Below are positions 1 to 6,418 of a stretch of DNA of 7,138 nucleotides, in pieces. How positions within the stretch are numbered: the first letter of the stretch is position 1; every line of letters starts with the position of its first letter. The stretch lies in the IMG/VR virus record IMGVR_UViG_2802429226_000002, positions 1 to 7,138 of that record; one strand, given 5' to 3'. The notes beneath the pieces are model-generated. The model was not told where the DNA came from. It did not search any database and saw only the letters and a list, made by a program, of their open reading frames with translations. The DNA is from a virus. Its lineage: Duplodnaviria > Heunggongvirae > Uroviricota > Caudoviricetes. A program made the translations under genes and the position numbers.

Positions 1-159
1 GTGGTTGGTTATTACCCGAAATTAAGCCAGCTCGTTTCCGGCCTGATGCATCACGATATTCTGACCGGAAGCGCAAAATCTTTTGCCGATTTAAACGCGC
101 AGGTTGAGCAACTCAGCAAGCGTTGTTCAGAGGCGTTCTCCAGAGGAGCGTCTGAATGA
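1..159 (+). CDS. 3' end of an upstream early-operon gene (partial; N-terminus lies outside the window). By synteny possibly a P2 B-like or other early gene, identity not established.
   Basis: Frame 1 is open from base 1 to a TGA at 157-159 (translation ...KRCSEAFSRGASE*). The stop overlaps the ATG of the next gene (ATGA at 156-159), typical of translationally coupled phage operons. Not in the ORF track because it has no start within the window. Confidence 0.4.
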   Translation: MVGYYPKLSQLVSGLMHHDILTGSAKSFADLNAQVEQLSKRCSEAFSRGASE

Positions 160-1163
160 TTACTGATGCACGTTGCCATACTGAAAATACCATCAATGTT
201 ATTTTTGTTTCAGGTGGAAAGGACAGCCTTGCTCAGTGGCTTGTCGCTATTGAAGAAAATGTACCCATATTGCCGGTTTTTGCTGATACGGGACATGAAC
301 ATCCACAGACAATGAAATATCTGGATTATCTGGAAAAACGGCTTGGCCCAATTAAAAGAGTCAGGGCTGATTTTTCCTGCCGGATTGAATCAAAGCGCAA
401 GTTTATCCAGACCAAATGGCCTGATTTGTTGGTTAACGATTGTGGAATGTCGGAAGAAGAAGCACGCCAGCGCATCAGTTGTGCGCTGGAAATTCTCAAA
501 CCAACGGGTATCCCGTTTCTTGATTTGTGTTTGTGGAAGGGGCGTTTCCCATCAACCAAAGCCAGATTTTGCACATTTGAACTGAAACATGAGCCCGTGC
601 GTTCTCAGGTAATATTGCCTTTACTCAATGAATTTGAGGAAGTGATTAGCTGGCAGGGAGTGCGTGCTCAGGAATCGCCATCACGCGCAGCTTTACCTGT
701 CTGGGAAGAGGATGCAGACAACACCCCCGGATTGCATGTATATCGCCCGATTTTGCACTGGAAGCATGAAGATGTATTTGCAATAGCCAGAAGACATGAC
801 ATTAAGCCAAATCCGTTATATCAGCAGGGGTGTGGCCGTGTTGGTTGTATGCCATGTATTCATGTCCGTAAATCTGAACTGGCAGAAATTTTTCGCCGGT
901 GGCCGGAGGAAATAAAACGGGTTGCTGAATGGGAACGACTGGTTGCGTCGTGCTCCCGTCGGGGAAATTCCACTTTTTTCCCATCCACACATGATCCGCT
1001 ACGCGCAGAACGTCGTATTGAGATTGTAACAGTCGAGGCATACGGAATAGAAACCTACCATGACTGGACAATGACAACGCGTGGGGGTACTCAGTTTGAT
1101 TTACTGGCTTCGGCGAATGATAAAGCCGTTTGCAGTAGTGTCTATGCCGGTGTATGTGAATGA
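156..1163 (+). CDS. PP-loop ATP pyrophosphatase superfamily protein (PAPS reductase-like), 335 aa; phage accessory gene of unknown role
   Basis: N-terminal SGGKDS motif (nt 210-227) is the classic SGGxDS PP-loop of the PAPS reductase / ATP sulfurylase-like family. A Cys cluster C-x4-C-x2-C (CGRVGCMPC, nt 831-857) lies near the C-terminal third. A GAGGAG Shine-Dalgarno sits at 143-148, 7 nt upstream of the ATG. The stop overlaps the start of gene A (ATGA at 1160-1163). Confidence 0.75.
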   Translation: MITDARCHTENTINVIFVSGGKDSLAQWLVAIEENVPILPVFADTGHEHPQTMKYLDYLEKRLGPIKRVRADFSCRIESKRKFIQTKWPDLLVNDCGMSEEEARQRISCALEILKPTGIPFLDLCLWKGRFPSTKARFCTFELKHEPVRSQVILPLLNEFEEVISWQGVRAQESPSRAALPVWEEDADNTPGLHVYRPILHWKHEDVFAIARRHDIKPNPLYQQGCGRVGCMPCIHVRKSELAEIFRRWPEEIKRVAEWERLVASCSRRGNSTFFPSTHDPLRAERRIEIVTVEAYGIETYHDWTMTTRGGTQFDLLASANDKAVCSSVYAGVCE

Positions 1164-3433
1164 GTCATTCTTTCCAGGAGCAATACACCTGCGTACCTCC
1201 GTCTGCGTTTGCCGCAGGCACCGGTAAGGCGTTTACCGGTGCTTATGCATGGAATGCGCCACGCGAGGCTGTCGGGCGCGAAAGACCCCTTACACGTGAC
1301 GAGATGCGTCAGGTGCAAGGTGTTTTATCCACGATTAACCGCCTGCCTTACTTTTTGCGCTCGCTGTTTACTTCACGCTATGACTACATCCGGCGCAATA
1401 AAAGCCCGGTGCACGGGTTTTATTTCCTCACATCCACTTTTCAGCGCCGTTTATGGCCGCGTATTGAGCGCGTGAATCAGCGCCATGAAATGAACACCGA
1501 CGCGTCGTTGCTGTTTCTGGCAGAGCGTGACCATTATGCGCGTCTGCCGGGGATGAATGACAAGGAGCTGAAAAAGTTTGCCGCCCGTATCTCATCGCAG
1601 CTTTTCATGATGTATGAGGAACTCTGCGATGCATGGGTTGATGCACATGGCGAGAAAGAATCGCTGTTTACAGATGAGGCGCAGGCGCATCTGTATGGTC
1701 ATGTTGCTGGCGCTGCACGTGCTTTCAATATTTCCCCTCTCTACTGGAAAAAATACCGTAAAGGACAGATGACCACGAGGCAGGCATATTCTGCCATTGC
1801 CCGTCTGTTTAACGATGAGTGGTGGACTCATCAGCTTAAAGGCCAGCGTATGCGCTGGCATGAGGCGTTACTGATTGCTGTCGGGGAGGTCAATAAAGAC
1901 CGTTCTCCTTATGCCAGTAAACATGCCATTCGTGATGTGCGTGCGCGCCGCCAGGCAAATCTGGAATTTCTTAAATCGTGTGACCTTGAAAACAAGGAAA
2001 CCGGCGAGCGCATCGACCTTATCAGTAAGGTGATGGGCAGTATTTCTAATCCAGAAATTCGCCGGATGGAGCTGATGAACACCATCGCCGGTATTGAGCG
2101 TTACGCCGCAGCAGAGGGTGATGTGGGGATGTTTATCACGCTGACCGCGCCGTCAAAGTATCACCCGACACGTCAGGTCGGAAAAGGCGAAAGTAAAACC
2201 GTGCAGCTTAATCACGGCTGGAACGATGAGGCATTTAATCCAAAGGATGCGCAGCGTTATCTCTGCCGTATCTGGAGCCTGATGCGCACGGCATTCAAGG
2301 ATAATGATTTACAGGTCTACGGTTTGCGAGTCGTCGAGCCACACCACGACGGAACGCCGCACTGGCATATGATGCTTTTTTGTAATCCACGCCAGCGTAA
2401 CCAGATTATTGAAATCATGCGTCGCTACGCGCTCAAAGAGGATGGCGACGAAAGAGGAGCTGCGCGAAACCGTTTTCAGGCAAAACACCTTAACCGGGGC
2501 GGTGCTGCGGGATATATCGCGAAATACATTTCAAAAAACATCGACGGCTATGCACTGGATGGTCAGCTCGATAACGATACCGGCAGGCCGCTGAAAGACA
2601 CTGCCGCGGCTGTTACCGCATGGGCGTCAACGTGGCGCATTCCGCAATTTAAAACGGTTGGCCTGCCGACAATGGGGGCTTACCGTGAACTACGCAAATT
2701 GCCTCGCGGCGTCAGCATTGCTGATGAGTTTGACGAACGCGTCGAGGCTGCACGCGCTGCCGCAGACAGTGGCGATTTTGCGCTGTATATCAGCGCGCAG
2801 GGTGGGGCAAATGTCCCGCGCGATTGCCAGACTGTCAGGGTCGCCCGTAGCCCCTCGGATGACGTTAACGAGTACGAGGAAGAAGTCGAGAGAGTGGTCG
2901 GCATTTACGCGCCGCATCTCGGCGCGCGTCATATTCATATCACCAGAACGACGGACTGGCGCATTGTGCCGAAAGTTCCGGTCGTTCAGCCTTTGACTTT
3001 AAAAAGCGGCATCGCCGCGCCTCGGAGTCCTGTCAATAACTGTGGAAAGTTCACCGGCGGTGATGCTTCGTTACCGGCTCCCACACCTTCTGAACACGCC
3101 GCAGCAGTGCTTAATCTGGTTGATGACGGTGTTATCGAATGGAATGACCAGGAGGTCGTGAGGGCGCTCAGGGGCGCATTAAAACACGACATGAGAACAC
3201 CAAATCGTCAGCAAAGAAACGGAAGCCCGTTAAAACCGCATGAAATTGCGCCATCGGCCAGACTGACCCGGTCGGAACGAATGCAAATCACCCGTATCCG
3301 CGTTGACCTTGGTCAGAACGGTATCAGCCCTCAGCGATGGGAGCTTGAGGCGCTGGCGCGTGGGGCAACCGTAAATTATGAGGGGGTAAACTTCAGGTAT
3401 CCGGTAAATGATGAGTGGCCGGGATTTAATTAA
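1160..3433 (+). CDS. A: Rolling-circle replication initiation endonuclease, P2 gpA family (HUH superfamily), 757 aa
   Basis: Long ORF with an HUH motif (PHWHMML; H-W-H at nt 2360-2368) and a paired-tyrosine motif G-Y-IAK-Y-ISK (Tyr codons at 2513-2515 and 2525-2527), matching the catalytic signature known for P2 A protein. Position immediately upstream of the hotspot and cos fits the P2 gene order. Confidence 0.9.
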   Translation: MSHSFQEQYTCVPPSAFAAGTGKAFTGAYAWNAPREAVGRERPLTRDEMRQVQGVLSTINRLPYFLRSLFTSRYDYIRRNKSPVHGFYFLTSTFQRRLWPRIERVNQRHEMNTDASLLFLAERDHYARLPGMNDKELKKFAARISSQLFMMYEELCDAWVDAHGEKESLFTDEAQAHLYGHVAGAARAFNISPLYWKKYRKGQMTTRQAYSAIARLFNDEWWTHQLKGQRMRWHEALLIAVGEVNKDRSPYASKHAIRDVRARRQANLEFLKSCDLENKETGERIDLISKVMGSISNPEIRRMELMNTIAGIERYAAAEGDVGMFITLTAPSKYHPTRQVGKGESKTVQLNHGWNDEAFNPKDAQRYLCRIWSLMRTAFKDNDLQVYGLRVVEPHHDGTPHWHMMLFCNPRQRNQIIEIMRRYALKEDGDERGAARNRFQAKHLNRGGAAGYIAKYISKNIDGYALDGQLDNDTGRPLKDTAAAVTAWASTWRIPQFKTVGLPTMGAYRELRKLPRGVSIADEFDERVEAARAAADSGDFALYISAQGGANVPRDCQTVRVARSPSDDVNEYEEEVERVVGIYAPHLGARHIHITRTTDWRIVPKVPVVQPLTLKSGIAAPRSPVNNCGKFTGGDASLPAPTPSEHAAAVLNLVDDGVIEWNDQEVVRALRGALKHDMRTPNRQQRNGSPLKPHEIAPSARLTRSERMQITRIRVDLGQNGISPQRWELEALARGATVNYEGVNFRYPVNDEWPGFN
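3017..3036 (+). other. Candidate origin of replication (ori / gpA nick region) inside the A coding sequence
   Basis: In P2 the ori lies within the 3' part of gene A (established). The sequence GCGCCTCGGAGTCCTGTCAA here resembles my recollection of the P2 ori nick region. Exact site and boundaries are uncertain and from memory only. Confidence 0.3.
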
Positions 3434-3632
3434 TGCTTTGATTTTTTAGTTAGGCTGCTCTAGAATCCACGCCAGTTACCGCTTGGGGTATCCTTGCATT
3501 GCTCTTGGTATTAGCTTTATACAAAGGGTGTAAAGGCTGCTATTGGCAACAATAGTGCTGGCATGGAGATAATCTCATGTTAAAGTTAGTGAAAGTACGT
3601 CAGTACAATCGCTATCGTTTCGGTAAGTGGGA

Positions 3633-3652
3633 GACGGTGTGTGAACACCGTC
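3633..3652. terminator. Perfect 8-bp stem / 4-nt loop hairpin between convergent genes; possible weak bidirectional terminator or RNA-stabilising stem-loop
   Basis: GACGGTGT (3633-3640), loop GTGA, ACACCGTC (3645-3652). It lies about 200 nt after the A stop and about 30 nt after the stop of the - strand ATPase gene. The following T-run is weak on both strands (GTTCTTAC on +), so it is not a textbook intrinsic terminator. Confidence 0.3.
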
Positions 3653-3680
3653 GTTCTTACCCAACCCGATGATATGCGGC

Positions 3681-5900
3681 CTAAGCGGTAACGGTTTCCT
3701 CTTCCTCTTCGTCCATCATTTTCAAATAATGTTTTTCATCACCAGTCATACGAAAAATGGTTTTTAGTTGCTCCATATATTTCTCTGGAGATATATCTCC
3801 CATGTCTGTGATGTTAACTGCATCTGAATGGGAACCTCTATTAATGTATCTATAAAATGCTCTAAAATCATTATTCTTATCATCGCTAGCAAGTTTATTT
3901 AACTCTGTCTGTAATGCATCCGTTCTATGAACAAATGCGAAGTAGTATTCCAGTATATTTCTCATGATGTTAGGTATTATAACTTTATTTACCTTTCCAT
4001 CCTTCGCATCTTTTAATACTTGCCATAGGGACTGGTATTCATTCTGAATGCTCTTTTTCTCTATTTCTGTAATTATGCTATATTCATTTTTTGTTACTCG
4101 TCCAAGATAATAATCACGCTTGAATGTTCTATCTTCTTTGCTTCTAGGAGCTAATTTGATAAGTTCATGAAAGAAATAAAGATTATGTGTGAGTATTAAT
4201 GTTTTCTTTACTGCTTTGTTATTGTTGATTATTTCATGGTGAATTATTGAGGCAATATCGTACACATAATTTTGAGAGAGGCTGGATATTGGATCATCAA
4301 TAACGATAAATACATCTCGCATATCCGTATCATTCTTATCTGTCTTACCTTTACAGCATTCTAGAAAGTAGAGAAAGGTAATTAAGGTTTTTTCACCCTC
4401 GCTAAGAGATCTGTATACATCTTTATCTGTTGTGTTTTCAGAACGTGATATAATATATTTATCATTGCTCTCAGTGTGTTTTTTTATGCTAAAACCATAA
4501 ATTCCTAATAATTTTAGACGTTGATTTATAGAATCTATGGTTGCATCAATATTAGATATTTGATCGCGTAGCTCTTTGATCTTTTTGTTATTGTTATCTC
4601 CTTGTTCTTTTATGGAATTTAATTCAAGTTGATATTGTTCATAAATGATTTTATAGTCATTCTCATATTTTGAGAAAGCTTCAAACTCAGCGTTGCATAA
4701 TTCTCTTATTGCTCCCCATATTTTGTAACGTATAGACTTTTCACTATCCTTAAATTGTTTGACTTTAATATTTATTTCTTTAATTCTATTGTTGTACTCT
4801 GTTATATTATCAACTACCTTTGCTTCAAGGTCGCTATTGGATTCCAAAATAATAGATATAGATGGGTTATTGATTTTATCTAACATCAATTTTAAATTTT
4901 TGTTTGCTATTTCCTCTAATAACGCTATATGAGATGATGTTATATCTTTTTCTTTTGAGGTGATTAATTCACAAGATGAAATCTCTTGTTTTATTTTTTT
5001 TAAATTATCTATGGTAGCGGATTCATAAGACGATCTGATAATGCGTATTTGGTCAACTTTCTTGGAGTAGCTATCATCAAAGATAGATTCTATTGCTTCT
5101 AAAAATTTGTCTTTAATAGTGTCTTCTTGGCAGAATGGGCAACATGTGCCATTTAAATATAATTCCTTCCCTTTTTTCACCCAGTCAAGGTTTTGAAGTT
5201 GTTTAATTGTTTCTGACAAATAGCTATTACTTGAGTCTATAATCGGAGTGGATAAAAATTCTTTATCTTTTTCTGAAATGATATATTTTTCTAAAGGTGT
5301 AATTGATGCAGTGAATTTATCTTTGTTCTTTAAAAGAATACTATATTCTTGAGCAAGTGACTCGATATTAACGTCAGTGGTTTGAGGGGCTTTTTTAACT
5401 TGCTCATAAAATGATCTCTTGCTTCCTAACTGACCTTTCATCAAGATCTTTAAGTCAGATGATCTAAAAGGTTCTGCTTTATTCCATATTAAATCAATAT
5501 ATTCATTTTCTTTATTGTTTTTATCTTTAATTAAACGCTCAATAACGTTTTTTTTATCTTTGTATTTTGTAAGTAGGTCTTGTCTTATAGCTTCTTTTTC
5601 CAGCAATTCTTTTTCAATGTCAGCATTTTCCTTACTTAAAGTGAATACTCCTTTTTGCTCTTTTGCATTATAAAAATTATCCTCAACAAACTTGGTATTA
5701 TAAACCAATAGGCGAAAAGTATCTATGAAAGGACATTCGCATTCTTTGTAGTCCGTGTTATTTGGATTATAGAAATAATTAGATATAGTTGATTTTCCAC
5801 AACCGTTGTGTCCATAAAGTATATTAATTTTTTTTGAGAGATTAAGAGTCGTGAAGCTATCTTTCTTATAGCTGGTTATATTCTTTAATTTAAGTTCCAT
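3681..5900 (-). CDS. ABC/SMC-like (AAA_13-type) ATPase with coiled-coil insertion, CxxC motif and C-terminal effector-like domain, 739 aa; candidate single-gene anti-phage defence protein, RloC/PrrC-like (hypothesis)
   Basis: Walker A GHNGCGKST (aa 30-38, nt 5787-5813). ABC signature LSEGEK (aa 499-504, nt 4389-4406). Walker B VFIVIDDP (aa 530-537, nt 4290-4313) followed by an LTHN H-loop-like motif. About 400 aa of K/E-rich, heptad-like sequence between Walker A and the signature, with CCPFC at aa 253-257 (nt 5130-5144). C-terminal ~150 aa form a separate domain. GAGG RBS 7 nt upstream of the ATG (read on the - strand). The gene is strongly AT-rich relative to its flanks. Confidence 0.85.
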   Translation of the reverse strand: MELKLKNITSYKKDSFTTLNLSKKINILYGHNGCGKSTISNYFYNPNNTDYKECECPFIDTFRLLVYNTKFVEDNFYNAKEQKGVFTLSKENADIEKELLEKEAIRQDLLTKYKDKKNVIERLIKDKNNKENEYIDLIWNKAEPFRSSDLKILMKGQLGSKRSFYEQVKKAPQTTDVNIESLAQEYSILLKNKDKFTASITPLEKYIISEKDKEFLSTPIIDSSNSYLSETIKQLQNLDWVKKGKELYLNGTCCPFCQEDTIKDKFLEAIESIFDDSYSKKVDQIRIIRSSYESATIDNLKKIKQEISSCELITSKEKDITSSHIALLEEIANKNLKLMLDKINNPSISIILESNSDLEAKVVDNITEYNNRIKEINIKVKQFKDSEKSIRYKIWGAIRELCNAEFEAFSKYENDYKIIYEQYQLELNSIKEQGDNNNKKIKELRDQISNIDATIDSINQRLKLLGIYGFSIKKHTESNDKYIISRSENTTDKDVYRSLSEGEKTLITFLYFLECCKGKTDKNDTDMRDVFIVIDDPISSLSQNYVYDIASIIHHEIINNNKAVKKTLILTHNLYFFHELIKLAPRSKEDRTFKRDYYLGRVTKNEYSIITEIEKKSIQNEYQSLWQVLKDAKDGKVNKVIIPNIMRNILEYYFAFVHRTDALQTELNKLASDDKNNDFRAFYRYINRGSHSDAVNITDMGDISPEKYMEQLKTIFRMTGDEKHYLKMMDEEEEETVTA

Positions 5901-5936
5901 TTTAAAACCTCATCATTGCCAATGATATTGTATAAA

Positions 5937-5990
5937 TATTTAAGCTGTTTAACATGAATTATATTGCTAAACGATAAAGATCTACCTCAG
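5937..5990 (-). promoter_or_regulatory. Candidate promoter region for the ATPase gene
   Basis: On the - strand a perfect TATAAT hexamer (plus coordinates 5958-5963) lies about 58 nt upstream of the ATG at 5900. No convincing -35 was found (GGTAGA-like at 17 bp). The region is so AT-rich that chance -10-like hexamers are expected. Confidence 0.2.
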
Positions 5991-6230
5991 AAGTTTACTT
6001 TGTTCAAGCAAAATCTTTTGTTCTAAGAGATATAAAAATTTTTATTAATAGTTTGATTTTTGTTCATGGGATTTCCTTTTTTTATGTTTTTACAAAGTAA
6101 TAACTATGCATGTATCAGGTGCATGGTTTTGCATGTGTCAAAGTTATGCGTTCTCGTTGCTTTACGTCACAGCTAGCGAGGATTCAACGTACTCATGCAA
6201 CTGCATCAAAACCGACTCGTGAAGCGGGCG

Positions 6231-6249
6231 GGCGAGGCGGGGAAAGCAC
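6231..6249. other. cos: cos site: 19-nt cohesive-end sequence of P2-type phages
   Basis: GGCGAGGCGGGGAAAGCAC at 6231-6249 matches my recollection of the P2 19-nt 5'-protruding cohesive end. It is placed as expected in a prophage or circularised genome, between the right-end hotspot and the portal gene Q. Flanking sequence is GC-rich, unlike the AT-rich insert. Confidence 0.7.
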
Positions 6250-6391
6250 TGCGCGCTGGCGGTGGTGCTGATTTTATTTTTTCAGCGTCTCAGCACGTCG
6301 TAATGGCGTTTAGATTGTGCGCCGGGGCGTTGGTGTGTCTGCGGGCTGTTTTGTGCGGTGGTGAGTGTGTGAGGGCGTGATGACGGGGTGT

Positions 6392-6413
6392 AAAAAAGCC
6401 GCCCGCAGGCGGC
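6392..6413 (-). terminator. Rho-independent terminator downstream of the portal gene (- strand)
   Basis: Read on the - strand: stop TGA, 5 nt, GCCGCC-TGCG-GGCGGC hairpin (plus 6398-6413) followed directly by TTTTTT (plus 6392-6397 = AAAAAA). GC-rich 6-bp stem, 4-nt loop, U-tract. Confidence 0.65.
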
Positions 6414-6418
6414 GATGT

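Noticed and set aside
326-1077. ORFs 326-574 (-), 343-585 (+) and 802-1077 (-) overlapping the PP-loop gene
   Set aside because: Embedded in the 335-aa ORF that carries the PP-loop motif, with no motifs of their own. Treated as shadow ORFs.
1209-3192. Seven alternative-frame or antisense ORFs inside gene A (1209-1475 +, 1592-1861 -, 2409-2594 +, 2658-2996 +, 2680-2904 -, 2690-2938 -, 2986-3192 -)
   Set aside because: All lie wholly inside the well-supported 757-aa A ORF. Their translations are low-complexity or Arg/Ala/Ser-rich, as expected from off-frame reading of GC-rich coding DNA, and none has a recognisable motif.
3681-5900. Possibility that the 739-aa gene is P2 old (ATPase-TOPRIM) or part of a two-gene PARIS-like system
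   Set aside because: The Walker A here (GHNGCGKST) sits ahead of a very long coiled-coil insertion and I see no TOPRIM-like acidic motifs in the C-terminal domain. There is also no second gene in the cargo, as an AriA/AriB pair would need. This is not excluded without profile searches; RloC-like remains a hypothesis.
3434-6230. Insertion sequence or transposon as the origin of the AT-rich segment
   Set aside because: No transposase-like ORF, no terminal inverted repeats and no flanking direct repeats were seen. The segment holds a single ATPase gene at a known phage hotspot, so cargo exchange by recombination is more likely than transposition.
6195-6380. 61-aa + strand ORF spanning the cos site
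   Set aside because: Gly/Ala/Arg-rich low-complexity translation of GC-rich non-coding DNA, no RBS noted, and it overlaps the cos 19-mer. Most likely not a gene.
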